A program made the position numbers and the translations under genes. From contig JACKGF010000002.1 of the NCBI GenBank assembly GCA_020632095.1, forward strand, positions 144,502 through 208,501: a DNA stretch of 64,000 nt. Direction: 5' to 3'. Every line of letters starts with the position of its first letter. Positions within the stretch are counted from its first letter, which is position 1. The notes beneath the pieces are model-generated. The model ran no database searches, was not told the DNA's origin, and worked only from the letters and a program-made list of their open reading frames with translations. Origin of the DNA: Candidatus Nomurabacteria bacterium. GTDB taxonomy: Bacteria > Patescibacteriota > Minisyncoccia > Phycocordibacterales > UBA918. Shown here piece by piece: positions 39,124 to 49,856 of this stretch.

Positions 39124-40936
39124 CAGGTTTAATTATATCCTCTAAGATATCTATTTCGGTTGGGTTATCGACAGGGTTAAAATCTTCATCCGAAACAGAT
39201 TCAATCCCAATCGTGGTACTAAACGCGTTCATTTCCTCAAACGGAATCTCATGATTTAGAGCTTTGATAATTGAGTCTTCTTGTAAAGTAATAAAGCCAT
39301 TCTTTCTAGCCGATTGAAAAAATTCTTCTTCTGATGCATTTCTTAAGATTAACTCTTGCATTTCTTCATCAATCGGAAGAACTTCGGTCACCGCCGTACG
39401 ACCACGATAACCTGTGGCACAAGCAGCTGTTGGAGATGGGTGAAGCATGGTCCTATTGGTCGGAATTTGCTTATGAAACTTAGTCGGAAGTGACTTGAAC
39501 GTTTCGTTAATACGCATCTTAGTACTAGCGTCAATTTCAACCTCTTCTCCTGTACCACTACAAAGGGTTCTAGCCAATCTTTGAGCAATCGCCATTTTTA
39601 AGGTAGGAGCAATCAAGTAAGGATCAACCCCCATATCAATCAAACGAGGAATTACACCGATAGAGTTATTAGTGTGAATAGTTGAAAGTACCAAGTGACC
39701 GGTTAACGCTGCTTGAATAGCTAGCTGTGCAGTTTCTTTATCACGAATCTCACCAACCATAATAATATCGGGGTCTTGACGCAAAGCTGCTCGTAAACCT
39801 TTAGCAAAAGTGTAACCAATCTCTGGCCTAACCTGAGACTGGGTAACTCCATCCATGTTGTACTCAACCGGATCTTCAAGCGACATAACATTTTTTGTAG
39901 CAGTATCTAACTCACCGATCATTCCTCTTAGAGTGGTAGACTTCCCAGAACCAGTTGGACCTGAAATAAGAATAATTCCATATGGTTCTTTAACAATTTT
40001 TTTAATTATTTCTAGATTAGCTTCTGAAATACCACTCTCTCTAAGAGTTCTTACACCTTTACTTGTATCTAAAATACGCATTACCACCTTCTCACCATGA
40101 TTGGTCGGTAATACAGACACACGAAAATCAATTTTCCTATCATCAAAAGTTGCAGAAAACCGTCCATCCTGAGGCTTCCGTCTTTCATCCAATCTCATTG
40201 AAGACAGAATTTTTACCCGAGCAATCACAGCCATATGAACATTTCTCGGCAATTCAAGACTGGTAGCCAACTCCCCGTCCACCCGAAACCTCACTCCTAC
40301 TTTTTTTGGACTTGGTTCAATATGAATATCAGATGCTCCACCATCAACCGCATACCTCAAAATAGTTGCTACAATTTTTGTTACTGGAGCATCTTCTTCA
40401 ATATGTTCTAGAGACTCTTTTGTTTGAGCAGCAGATTCATCTAAGCCAGCCGCAATCTCAGCATCGAGTTCTGATTCAATTGTTTCTAGAGCATCCCCTA
40501 CATCACCCTCTAGGTTTGAATAAAAATTAAGAACCTTTGCTACTTCATCGTCTAACATGTAAACCAAACGGTATGACAAACTGTTTTTAGTGCTAATAAA
40601 GTTTAAAGCTTCACGCATTTGCAAATCGTCAGGATTGCTTACCCCAACCGCCAAGACTTCATCTTCAACAAAAAGTGGGGTCATTCGATAGTGAACGGCT
40701 GAATCTTCGGAAATATAATTAAGAACTTCCTGCTTAACTGAAAAGCCTTCAGGTATATCAAAAGCCGGCACCTGATAAAAATCAGCCATTAAATTTCTCA
40801 CATCATCTCTAGCCATTCCGAGCTCAATAAAAACAGACTCGTAGGAGCGTCCAGTTTCAGAAATTATATTTTCAACTTGAGTGGAGAAAGATTCATCAAC
40901 TCCACCACGTTCTTCAAGAAATTGTAGTGGATTCAT
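39101..40936 (-). CDS. pilB: type IV pilus assembly ATPase (GspE/PilB)
   Basis: N-terminal GSPII_E_N domain, Walker A ISGPTGSGKSTT, tetracysteine-like region. Confidence 0.9.
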   Translation of the reverse strand: MNPLQFLEERGGVDESFSTQVENIISETGRSYESVFIELGMARDDVRNLMADFYQVPAFDIPEGFSVKQEVLNYISEDSAVHYRMTPLFVEDEVLAVGVSNPDDLQMREALNFISTKNSLSYRLVYMLDDEVAKVLNFYSNLEGDVGDALETIESELDAEIAAGLDESAAQTKESLEHIEEDAPVTKIVATILRYAVDGGASDIHIEPSPKKVGVRFRVDGELATSLELPRNVHMAVIARVKILSSMRLDERRKPQDGRFSATFDDRKIDFRVSVLPTNHGEKVVMRILDTSKGVRTLRESGISEANLEIIKKIVKEPYGIILISGPTGSGKSTTLRGMIGELDTATKNVMSLEDPVEYNMDGVTQSQVRPEIGYTFAKGLRAALRQDPDIIMVGEIRDKETAQLAIQAALTGHLVLSTIHTNNSIGVIPRLIDMGVDPYLIAPTLKMAIAQRLARTLCSGTGEEVEIDASTKMRINETFKSLPTKFHKQIPTNRTMLHPSPTAACATGYRGRTAVTEVLPIDEEMQELILRNASEEEFFQSARKNGFITLQEDSIIKALNHEIPFEEMNAFSTTIGIESVSDEDFNPVDNPTEIDILEDIIKPDEITSGR

Positions 40937-40941
40937 AAAAC

Positions 40942-41274
40942 CTAATAGCTACCACTTGAACTAACATCCGGCTCATAAAAAGGATTTTGTCTACCTTGCG
41001 GACGCTCTTGAATTGGTGTGGTGAACTTATTAAGTTTCATAAATCTTTCATCATCAAACAAAGCCGTATTCATCTTAATCTGACTAAGTTTTTCTCTTCG
41101 CTCAACAAAGACCTGCGTATTATTGAGCATATTTTGCATGGTTTCAGCATCGGTTTCAACTACCAGATCCCCTGACCCTTTTTGAATAAATATATAATAA
41201 CCTGCAAAAGCAACTGTAATTAAACCAAGAACGATTGAAATGTTTGTAGCAGTTTTTCCCATATTAAAATTCAA
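40942..41274 (-). CDS. hypothetical membrane-anchored protein (pilus assembly accessory, PilP-like?)
   Basis: N-terminal TM; position between pilO and pilB. Confidence 0.35.
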   Translation of the reverse strand: MNFNMGKTATNISIVLGLITVAFAGYYIFIQKGSGDLVVETDAETMQNMLNNTQVFVERREKLSQIKMNTALFDDERFMKLNKFTTPIQERPQGRQNPFYEPDVSSSGSY

Positions 41275-41833
41275 CTTTATTTGTTAATTCAGGTTCTACG
41301 TAGGAATATGTAACAAACTCTGTCTTAATATCCAATAAATCACTCTCTTCTAAAGTAGAAATGTCCAGATTAGTTACTTCCAATGGGTAATGATTGGTCT
41401 CCAATAGATCAAATAGTTTTTTTATTTGCTCATAGGTTCCTTTTACCTCGACAGAATAAATACTATTATTGTCTGCACTAGTTTTAACCATATTGTTTTC
41501 AGACTCAAAACCATCATAAGCTACGACCACTTGATCAAAACCTGCCAAGTCATAGATAATCGCTATATCGCGCATAACATTCAGACCGTCAACACTATCT
41601 GGCATATATACCAGCAATTTCCTTTGCTCTACCTGATCAACACTATCTTTGAGTGAAACGAGTCTTTTAAGTTCATTGTTTACCCCTTCCACCTTTTCTA
41701 ACTCAGTTTGATATACAGTAATAGAGTCTTGTATTTCACCAATTTTAGCAAACTCAGGCTTAACGTACATAAAAACTATCACGAAGGAAAGTACAATCAT
41801 AGCTATTTGAGAAAACAAACCTTTGTGAATCAT
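41264..41833 (-). CDS. pilus assembly protein PilO-like
   Basis: N-terminal TM plus coiled coil plus ferredoxin-like C-terminus; synteny after pilN. Confidence 0.5.
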   Translation of the reverse strand: MIHKGLFSQIAMIVLSFVIVFMYVKPEFAKIGEIQDSITVYQTELEKVEGVNNELKRLVSLKDSVDQVEQRKLLVYMPDSVDGLNVMRDIAIIYDLAGFDQVVVAYDGFESENNMVKTSADNNSIYSVEVKGTYEQIKKLFDLLETNHYPLEVTNLDISTLEESDLLDIKTEFVTYSYVEPELTNKVEF

Positions 41834-42555
41834 ATATTATTTTGGTTACCGGAAGCTGAATCTGTATTATCAGTAACAACACCTTCGTTATTATTATCTA
41901 ATCCAGTAGGTGTATCAACCTCTATTGGAACACCAGCAGTAAACTCGAATTTACCACCCTCGTATGGAACATCTGATATAGGCACCTCAAACCCAATATC
42001 AACTCTTTGGAATGAATTTTGCCCTGAATCCTCATCACTTGGTTTATTTACACTGATTGATTTAACTGCAACTGAGTTGGTTAAATCATTACCTCTATAA
42101 GCTAATCTTTGTAAGATAATAGAACTAACTGAATCTGTTTTCATTTTTGTATCCAAAACTAACTTGTCATCTTTATCTCTTTTTATGTTCAATGATTCAA
42201 TCTGAAAAGTATCAATTGTGGCTGCTTCAAAAGCTTTAAATAGAGAGCCTAAAGCAACACTACTTTCGAACTTATCACTTGCTTGTTGTAGCCTATTATC
42301 AAAATTTATAACTTTCTGTAAATCTGATTCGCTGAATACCTTAATAGCTGTATCCAATTTTACCACTATGTCATCTCGTTGTTTTTGAACAAAATACTTA
42401 CTATACAAAAACACACCACCTGCTGATAACAAAGAGGCGAACATTATGACGTAACTAATGATTGTAAATACATATATCTGCTTTGATGCATTAGTACGCT
42501 TAAGCTTGGCGGGGCCACGCTTAGGAATGAACGAATTATTAGAAGGATCTATCAT
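41830..42555 (-). CDS. pilus assembly protein PilN-like
   Basis: short cytoplasmic N-terminus, TM helix, periplasmic domain; follows pilM. Confidence 0.5.
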   Translation of the reverse strand: MIDPSNNSFIPKRGPAKLKRTNASKQIYVFTIISYVIMFASLLSAGGVFLYSKYFVQKQRDDIVVKLDTAIKVFSESDLQKVINFDNRLQQASDKFESSVALGSLFKAFEAATIDTFQIESLNIKRDKDDKLVLDTKMKTDSVSSIILQRLAYRGNDLTNSVAVKSISVNKPSDEDSGQNSFQRVDIGFEVPISDVPYEGGKFEFTAGVPIEVDTPTGLDNNNEGVVTDNTDSASGNQNNI

Positions 42556-42610
42556 ATGTTTATTATACGCCTAAGAACTTAAATAAAATAAACCATCTGT
42601 GGAAACCTTT

Positions 42611-43699
42611 CTAAAAGGCTCTCATAGCAGCCCCAAGTGCAACAGTAAAAGAAGGTCCGATTTCACACATCGTATCTTCCATGAAAGCCGGATAAGCTAC
42701 TTTTGTGAAAGGATTTGATAGAATTACATCACGACCTAGTGAATCTCTAAGGTGTGCATCAGTCCCTGGGAACATCGCCCCCCCGCCTGAAAGATATACT
42801 GCCTCGAATTTGATACCGGTTTTTTCTTCATACTCTCTTAAGACCTGATTAAACTCTCGAAAAGCTCTGTCGTAGGTACTGTTATGCGCTCTCTTCATAT
42901 CTGAATAAGTGCTGGCATTCTTATCAGCGGATCGCTTAAGTTCTTCAGCTGCTTCAAAATCTATTTCTAACACATCAGCAATTCTTTTAGTCGCTACAGC
43001 ACCGCCTGCTCTAATCCTGTGCATGCGCATCAATAGTCCTTTTCTAGCAATATACAATTTAGCTGAAACTGCACCTAAATCAATAATTACCACATCAGTC
43101 TCAGCGCTATCATACAAACTCCGAATCGCACTAAAACATTCAATTTCAGTTGGCGGTTGGACTAATCCTGCAAACTGCATAAGTATCTTAAATCTTTCCA
43201 AGGCAGAATTCTGAATGGCTGCAATTAATACGTTTCGTTTGTTTTCTGGAGATACTTTAGCTTCAACTTTAGTCATCTCTACTTCTGCCCAATCCAATGT
43301 AATTTCACTTAAAGAAGCCGGGATAACTTTTCTTGCCTCAACTCTTACCATAGAACTAAGATCTGCATCAGCATCAGCTTCGATACTTACATTGGTCACA
43401 AAACTCGAAGAAAGCGGCATAGCAAACACTGCCTCGCGAGACTTAACCGCCGACTCTCTTATAACATCGACTAAAGCGGCCTGCTCTTGTTTAGGCTCTA
43501 AAAAGACAGACTCACCAATATTTTTAGAAGCATATGGACCAAGCTGGATTTCACCATAAGTGGCCAGAGTAATTATTCCGTTCTTCTCTTCAACTTCTAC
43601 CACCTTGATAGAAGATGAACCAATATCAATTCCAATCACACCACCAGTGGTAGGTAATCTAGACTTTACAGAGGTAAAAATGTTATCCAAGAAACTCAT
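42611..43699 (-). CDS. pilM: type IV pilus assembly ATPase-like actin-fold protein
   Basis: GIDIGSSSIKVVEV phosphate-1 motif, actin/FtsA-like fold. Confidence 0.8.
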   Translation of the reverse strand: MSFLDNIFTSVKSRLPTTGGVIGIDIGSSSIKVVEVEEKNGIITLATYGEIQLGPYASKNIGESVFLEPKQEQAALVDVIRESAVKSREAVFAMPLSSSFVTNVSIEADADADLSSMVRVEARKVIPASLSEITLDWAEVEMTKVEAKVSPENKRNVLIAAIQNSALERFKILMQFAGLVQPPTEIECFSAIRSLYDSAETDVVIIDLGAVSAKLYIARKGLLMRMHRIRAGGAVATKRIADVLEIDFEAAEELKRSADKNASTYSDMKRAHNSTYDRAFREFNQVLREYEEKTGIKFEAVYLSGGGAMFPGTDAHLRDSLGRDVILSNPFTKVAYPAFMEDTMCEIGPSFTVALGAAMRAF

Positions 43700-43745
43700 A
43701 CTATTCTAATTATTCTATCATGGTCTATCGCGTATACTTGTAGAT

Positions 43746-44351
43746 ATGAGCAAGTTACTAACAGTGATAATAGACCTACTGTTTCCTCCTTCCAATCACC
43801 AATTATTGATCAGACAATATAAAAATAACGACAAAAATTTGTATTTTAATCAAATCTTCAACAATACTCAGTGCTTAAGTAAATATTCTGAACCGGTTAT
43901 CAAAGCGGCTATTACCGAAAATAAATTTAACAACCACAAAAATGCAACAAGAATATTGAGTGGATTACTTGAGATTTGGATTGAAAAACAGTCAAGTAAA
44001 ATAATATTAATTCCAATTCCGCTGGGACCAAAAAGATATAGGGAACGCGGATATAATCAGGTGGAGAATATTCTTAAGGAAATTAAGTCTCCAGCTATAA
44101 TCAGGACTGATATTTTGTCTCGACCAATAGACACCGAACCCCAATCTCAACTAGATAAATTTGCTCGACAGAAAAATATTAAGAATGCTTTTAAGTGTAG
44201 TGGTGCAAAATTAGCAGAGTTAGAAAATGTAAAAATAGTGCTGATTGATGATGTGGTGACGACAGGAGCAACAATGGGTGTGGCGCGAGCTTCGCTCGCG
44301 CCACACCTCCACCCCACCAGCACCCTCACTTGTCTGGCGATTGCTCACTAG
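43746..44351 (+). CDS. comF: ComF-family competence protein (phosphoribosyltransferase fold)
   Basis: PRTase motif VKIVLIDDVVTTGATM; C-terminal codons overlap a GC hairpin GGCGCGAGCTTCGCTCGCGCC. Confidence 0.7.
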   Translation: MSKLLTVIIDLLFPPSNHQLLIRQYKNNDKNLYFNQIFNNTQCLSKYSEPVIKAAITENKFNNHKNATRILSGLLEIWIEKQSSKIILIPIPLGPKRYRERGYNQVENILKEIKSPAIIRTDILSRPIDTEPQSQLDKFARQKNIKNAFKCSGAKLAELENVKIVLIDDVVTTGATMGVARASLAPHLHPTSTLTCLAIAH

Positions 44352-44385
44352 AAAAAGGGTGGCAGTTCCGAAGGAAACCCCTCCC

Positions 44386-45204
44386 TTATCCGCTACCCAA
44401 ACTCCAATCAACCACCACCATGTCAGCTGGCAAAGTAGCATCGTGACCATAGTGCCTATGTGACCAAGACAAAACTGACGTCATTAAAACAAAGCCAATC
44501 ACTATCGCAATCGTAGAATTCCAGATACTGCCATAGTGACTTAAATTACCGTGAATTCGTGGTAATAAATCACTAGCTGCCAAGAAAAGTAAATTACCAG
44601 CCGCAAAACTAGTCAAAATCCAGACATAATCAATAACATACTGGGCCAGAAACATCACTAAAAATGTTCCAATGAAAATTCCACAGGCTGACAACAGATT
44701 TAGCACGACCGCTCGCTTACGCGTGTAACCAGCCCTTAATAGAATTCCGAACTCCACAATCTCTTGAGGAATTTCGTGCAAGGCTAGACCAACTGCTGTA
44801 GCAATTCCAATGGCTGGATCGGCCAAAAAAGCCGCCCCCAAAATCACACCATCAGCAATATTATGAATTCCATCCCCCACCAATATTAAAGTAGCAGCTC
44901 CTTTTTGATCACAACCCTCTGCTTCCAAGTGATGATACTTGGTATGTAACTTATGCGCCAAAATGTAAAAAGCGATAAATCCGATGGCTACCACTATGCC
45001 ACCCCATTCAGCCGAAGCACTGACAGTTTCAGGAATAAGCTCAAACAAGATAAGACTTAAAAAAACACCCACTGCTACTGGTATCGCATATCTTTCAATA
45101 CCAATGAGACGTTTGTCTTGTCCAAAGAAAAACACCCCCACTACTGAAACCAAGGCCACTAATCCAGCCACCCCTAACGCTTGAAGTATCAACATAATAA
45201 TCAA
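44386..45204 (-). CDS. ZIP-family divalent metal transporter
   Basis: HNIADGVILGAAF and HEIPQEI signature helices. Confidence 0.8.
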   Translation of the reverse strand: MIIMLILQALGVAGLVALVSVVGVFFFGQDKRLIGIERYAIPVAVGVFLSLILFELIPETVSASAEWGGIVVAIGFIAFYILAHKLHTKYHHLEAEGCDQKGAATLILVGDGIHNIADGVILGAAFLADPAIGIATAVGLALHEIPQEIVEFGILLRAGYTRKRAVVLNLLSACGIFIGTFLVMFLAQYVIDYVWILTSFAAGNLLFLAASDLLPRIHGNLSHYGSIWNSTIAIVIGFVLMTSVLSWSHRHYGHDATLPADMVVVDWSLGSG

Positions 45205-45328
45205 TTATTTATACCAGCGAGTGTAGCAAATATTAAGCCTTATTACTAATGTATAAATCGATATTGTTAATATAAACCCAGGACAACTTACTAGTAATTT
45301 TTATTGTTATTACTTTTTACTTAGAAAC

Positions 45329-45898
45329 CTAAATTATTTTCGACGATATATACTCAAACATTTTTTGATAACCAACCGTATTAGGATGAACCGCGTCCGC
45401 AAGGTCTAATTCTGGGTTAAGCAGGTCGTAGACACTAATGAATTTTAGATTGTTTGCTGAGGCGATGTTGGCTGAAAGTTGATTGTATTTTTGGATTTCT
45501 TTGTTGATAAAAAGTATTCCGCTACCATGTCTTATATTTTCATTTGCTATAGTAGCTCCCATCAATATTACCTCTTTGGAATATTGTTTAGCGGAAGTGA
45601 TAAGTTTTTTGAGATTAGATTCAAAATCTTCTGTTGTTACCAAATTGGTGTCCTGCTCAATTGAATACTTGGCGTCGTTGGTGCCAATTGCAAAAATCAC
45701 CTTATCAAAAACTTGTCCATAGGCTTCTGGCTCGAAGCGTCTTAATAGGTCAAAAGTATTGTTACCGCAAATGCTGAAATTATATATGTCGTGATATTCT
45801 TCAGCGGGTAGTGACTTACGTATCCTCCCCACCCAACCGAGCGCTTCACCATCACCCCTTCCATACGCAATACTGTCTCCCCAAATTCCGATTGTCAT
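45329..45898 (-). CDS. SGNH/GDSL hydrolase
   Basis: IWGDSIAYG block I (GDS), block V DAVHPN. Confidence 0.7.
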   Translation of the reverse strand: MTIGIWGDSIAYGRGDGEALGWVGRIRKSLPAEEYHDIYNFSICGNNTFDLLRRFEPEAYGQVFDKVIFAIGTNDAKYSIEQDTNLVTTEDFESNLKKLITSAKQYSKEVILMGATIANENIRHGSGILFINKEIQKYNQLSANIASANNLKFISVYDLLNPELDLADAVHPNTVGYQKMFEYISSKII

Positions 45899-46006
45899 AT
45901 AAATAATTATAACAAAAACTATCCTTATTTATCCAAAAAGAACGACCATCAATTAAGAAAGTCGTTCTTTTTACTGTCTATAAAATTTTACCTATTCGTA
46001 AACCTC

Positions 46007-47251
46007 TTACTTCTTACCAAACCAACCCTTAAGTTTACTCCATGCCTTACTAACAAAACCATTACCACCTATTTTACCACCTTGAGGAGCCACTTCTGAC
46101 ACCACTGGCTCTGACGCTTGTTCAGAATTTTGTTTAGATATAGACTTAATTCTATCATTTTCTGCTTGATAAAACTCATCGTCATTAGGTCTACTATCAC
46201 GAGATACTTTAAGAGCCTTTGTTATTTCATTTGACTTACTTTCTAGCTGTTGTTCCAATGATTCTACCTCTTCTATTCGTTCGACTTCTTTCTCTAAGGC
46301 TTGAATTTCTTCTGTAGAAACAGGATTTACAACATCCGATCCTTCAAGACTTTCTTGCAAAAGTGTCCTATAAGCCTTCAGCTCACCATTCATACGCGCT
46401 TGTTCAAGAGTTATTTTTTCGATAGCAGAATCTATATTTTCTCCTGGATTTTTTTTCATAAACAAATGAACATACCCTGGGGTTTTGTACTCCCCTAGCT
46501 TTGCCTCTAATTTTAAAATTTCTTTTTCAAAAATTCTTTGCCCTGGATTCTTAATATTATCGATAATATCTCGCTGGACTTTGGTTTTTAATTCCAACTC
46601 AGAAATCAATTCCCTATTATTATTAAACCTAGCTAGTTCCAAGCTTTTTAAATCAGAACTTAATTCAATCTCCATTGCCTGTCTAATATTGTCATTTTTT
46701 AACTTTATATCACTGGCAACTTTAATTCTCTGGTCTGAATCAGTAGATGTTAAAAAGATATTTTCTAGCTCTCTCACTTCATTGGATAACTGAGCGATTA
46801 TTTTATCTCTACTGGGATCCTCTTGAAACTTTTGTTGTGCTTCCCGCCATGTTTCAAGGTCACCTTCAGTAACCACGTATTCTTCTTCGACAGGCTTAAC
46901 TGCTTCTTCTTCTAAACTGCGCACCAGACGATTACCAGAAGGTTGATTAGACTGATCCTTATCTCTATCATCTTCATCTGTAGGAACCAATTCCAAGCCA
47001 TTGCTATCCGCACGCCTCCGTAAAGTTTCCACAACCATTTTCCCAGTCGGGTCAACGAATGCTTGATTTTTACCAGGGATAACAACCCCTTCCTTTTGGG
47101 AAGCTGGTTCAAATGCAGGCGGATAATTCCTAGGTTCATTAGCAGCACTTCTAGAACGGTCTCCCAAATTTACTACATTCTCGTCTGGCCAAAGCCTAGT
47201 ATCATGAATACCACCCATTTCATTTATTTTTCTTTGCGGTGATTTTTCCAT
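46007..47251 (-). CDS. hypothetical coiled-coil protein
   Basis: 414 aa, charged, long heptad regions. Confidence 0.45.
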   Translation of the reverse strand: MEKSPQRKINEMGGIHDTRLWPDENVVNLGDRSRSAANEPRNYPPAFEPASQKEGVVIPGKNQAFVDPTGKMVVETLRRRADSNGLELVPTDEDDRDKDQSNQPSGNRLVRSLEEEAVKPVEEEYVVTEGDLETWREAQQKFQEDPSRDKIIAQLSNEVRELENIFLTSTDSDQRIKVASDIKLKNDNIRQAMEIELSSDLKSLELARFNNNRELISELELKTKVQRDIIDNIKNPGQRIFEKEILKLEAKLGEYKTPGYVHLFMKKNPGENIDSAIEKITLEQARMNGELKAYRTLLQESLEGSDVVNPVSTEEIQALEKEVERIEEVESLEQQLESKSNEITKALKVSRDSRPNDDEFYQAENDRIKSISKQNSEQASEPVVSEVAPQGGKIGGNGFVSKAWSKLKGWFGKK

Positions 47252-47308
47252 AGTATTAAAACTTAGTTTTAGTAATCTATTACTTTAAAAATTAAAAATG
47301 TACTATCC

Positions 47309-47893
47309 TTAACCTGGATAAGTTTTACCAAATTTACTCAGTGCTACAGCTAATCCAGTAGTAACAATTCTCTGCTTCATTAAATCTGGGTCAGCAATAT
47401 CACTAGTCACATCATCTAACAACTGTTCGTACACAACAGTAGATTTATTGTTTGTTTTTAAAGACTCTATCTTTGCAACTAGAGCCTGCCTCAAATCTTT
47501 ACTCAACTCAAGTATTCTAGAAAGTATTACTTCTTCCTCCTCAGGAGTTGCAGCATTTAGGTAGGATTCTTCCAATACAGTAATCTCACTAACTAACTTC
47601 TCTGGTTGAATCTCCTGCGCAACTTCAACCAACTCTTCAACGACAATCTGAGTCTTAGGTTCTGGTTCTGGTTCGGGTTCTGGTTCTGGTTCTGGTTCAT
47701 TATCAAAACCAGCAATCATTTCATCTACATGAGAAATTTCTTCTATATCAAAATAATTTTCCCTGCCGAGACTTCTTTCTACCTGTTCTGTAATACCAGT
47801 CCCTCCTTTTGACTTTCTACTACCCTCATATAGACCACCATCGTCAGGAGTCAAGGGAGGAGAAGTATTGATTAAATTTCGAATTTCTTTCAT
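47309..47893 (-). CDS. hypothetical protein with (Glu-Pro)n linker
   Basis: contains EPEPEPEPEPEPEPEP encoded by GGTTCT hexamer repeat. Confidence 0.45.
   Translation of the reverse strand: MKEIRNLINTSPPLTPDDGGLYEGSRKSKGGTGITEQVERSLGRENYFDIEEISHVDEMIAGFDNEPEPEPEPEPEPEPKTQIVVEELVEVAQEIQPEKLVSEITVLEESYLNAATPEEEEVILSRILELSKDLRQALVAKIESLKTNNKSTVVYEQLLDDVTSDIADPDLMKQRIVTTGLAVALSKFGKTYPG
47655..47702. repeat. hexanucleotide tandem repeat (GGTTCT)x7-8 inside a CDS
   Basis: ggttctggttctggttcgggttctggttctggttctggttca. Confidence 0.85.
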
Positions 47894-48074
47894 ATATTAT
47901 ATTATATCACAATTTTATTAAAAAGTAAAGGTCTTTGCTTATAGCATATTATAACCTTTATCCGTAAGCTCAACAATAACAATTATCTGCTGTTTCATTG
48001 CAGTAACGGAATCACCTATAATAAACCACCCCATGTTTATAGCACGGAGTTATTAGGGTGGAATAAATTTTAAT

Positions 48075-48599
48075 CTAGCTTGCCCTAGATTGGCGAGTTT
48101 TGGTTTTTGCGCTGTTAGCGGCGGCTAAATCGGCGGCTTTTTGAGCAGCCTGCTTAGCAGCTTGTTTAGAGGCTAGTAAATCAGCTTCGAGTTTAGCTTT
48201 ATCGGCGGCGGCTTTTTGGGCGGCAGCAGCATTGGCTTTTTGGGCGGCGGCAGAGCGGGCGGCGGCGGCTTCTTTAATAGCATTTTGTTCTGCTACTGTT
48301 TGCGCTTTTGCCAAAGCAGCGGCTTCTTCTTCGGCCGCTAGTCTAGCTGTCTCTTCCGCAGCCTGAAGTACTTTTTCTTCTTCTTTCTGTTTCACTATCT
48401 CTGCCTCAAGGCGAATTTTTTCAGCTCTTTTTTCAAGAATTGTATTAAGTTCGGTTTCTTGTTTAGCCAAAGCTAACTGCCTCACAGTTTCAACGTGTTG
48501 CAAGTTTTTTACTTGATTGTGATTTAACTGCGCACTACCAGTAGCAATCAAAGCCACTAATCCAAAAGTATAAATAACGTTTCTTAGTTCTTTCTTCAT
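48075..48599 (-). CDS. hypothetical secreted Ala/Lys/Gln-rich coiled-coil protein
   Basis: N-terminal TM/signal, low-complexity A/K/Q/E C-terminus (GC-rich GCGGCGGC DNA); start placed at second Met to avoid overlap with rubredoxin. Confidence 0.4.
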   Translation of the reverse strand: MKKELRNVIYTFGLVALIATGSAQLNHNQVKNLQHVETVRQLALAKQETELNTILEKRAEKIRLEAEIVKQKEEEKVLQAAEETARLAAEEEAAALAKAQTVAEQNAIKEAAAARSAAAQKANAAAAQKAAADKAKLEADLLASKQAAKQAAQKAADLAAANSAKTKTRQSRAS

Positions 48600-48604
48600 A
48601 CTAA

Positions 48605-48775
48605 TTAATCTATTCGTTGCCACATATGAGCATCACTTTTCTTAACCTCACAATCAGCACACTTAAAATCATCTGGTAATGATTCCCATTTGGTTCCAGC
48701 TGGAATATTTCTCTCTGCATCACCAACCGCTTCGTCATAAATCCAACCACACTCTAAACATACATATTGAGCCAT
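48605..48775 (-). CDS. rubredoxin (56 aa, absent from ORF track)
   Basis: MAQYVCLECGWIYDEAVGDAERNIPAGTKWESLPDDFKCADCEVKKSDAHMWQRID with two CxxCG knuckles. Confidence 0.8.
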   Translation of the reverse strand: MAQYVCLECGWIYDEAVGDAERNIPAGTKWESLPDDFKCADCEVKKSDAHMWQRID

Positions 48776-48827
48776 ATATTTTTATTAATTATTTATCCGC
48801 AGATAGTAGCAGACAAAAATGAATAGT

Positions 48828-49856
48828 TTATGAACGGTAAAGAGGAAGGTTCACAGCCACGGTTGTCCCAACACCCTCACGACTAATAAGCTTAATTGTT
48901 CCCTTATGTTGAGCCACTATTTCTTTAACAATTGAGAGTCCTAGACCGACTCCAACTTGAGACTGATTAGTATGTGAAGTGTCTAATGTTTGAAAACGTT
49001 CAAATATCTTGGTTTGCATTGCTTGAGGAATACCAACTCCTGTATCAGTTACCATCAGGTTCGCTAAGCTTTCTTTTACAGTAAGGCTTACTATCACGTT
49101 CCCTCCTTGGTTTGTATAGTCAATAGCATTTTTAATTAAATTTTGTAATAGCCTCACAATACTATCAGAGTGAGCTTTAATTTGAATTGACTCTGATATC
49201 TGATCAACAAGCTGTACATTCTTTTCTTCAGCGTAAGCTTGAAACTTTCTTATTTCGTTTCGACAAAGAGATGAGAAATCACACGGACTAGACTCAAGTG
49301 TACTGTTTGAATTAACTCTTAGTAGCTGCAACAGCTGATTTGAAAGGTGAGTCAAACGTTTAGATTCTTCCTGAACATCAGTGATATAATCTTTGTATTC
49401 TTCCAAACTGCGATTTTGTTTTAGCATTATCTCTCCCCCAGCTAACATGACCGCCAGTGGGGTTCTTAGCTCATGAGCTACATCACCCATAAATTTTAAT
49501 TGTCTATCTTGATTATCTTTAATCGGACGCAAAGTGTTGCGAGCAAAGAAATAGGATATGAAACTTACTAAAAATAGCACTGCAACATCTACTACCAACA
49601 CCACAAGAACTAGGTGTTGACGCAACTCATACAGACTCCACTCACTGTGTCCGTTTTCTATTTCCAGACTAGATGAAAACAAATCGTGCCCCATGTCTGG
49701 TGGGACGAAAAGTGCAATAATAGCAAAGCTAGAAATCGCCAAAATAACAAAAGTACTGACTACGTAGTAAGCAGTTAACTTGAGAGTTGCTCGCTTAAAT
49801 TCATTCAGAGATGAAGCTGTACCCCACCCCACGAATTGTTTTAATGTATTTATCAT
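48828..49856 (-). CDS. sensor histidine kinase
   Basis: two N-terminal TMs, H-box HELRTPL, N/G1/G2 boxes (GVGLGLSIV). Confidence 0.85.
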   Translation of the reverse strand: MINTLKQFVGWGTASSLNEFKRATLKLTAYYVVSTFVILAISSFAIIALFVPPDMGHDLFSSSLEIENGHSEWSLYELRQHLVLVVLVVDVAVLFLVSFISYFFARNTLRPIKDNQDRQLKFMGDVAHELRTPLAVMLAGGEIMLKQNRSLEEYKDYITDVQEESKRLTHLSNQLLQLLRVNSNSTLESSPCDFSSLCRNEIRKFQAYAEEKNVQLVDQISESIQIKAHSDSIVRLLQNLIKNAIDYTNQGGNVIVSLTVKESLANLMVTDTGVGIPQAMQTKIFERFQTLDTSHTNQSQVGVGLGLSIVKEIVAQHKGTIKLISREGVGTTVAVNLPLYRS

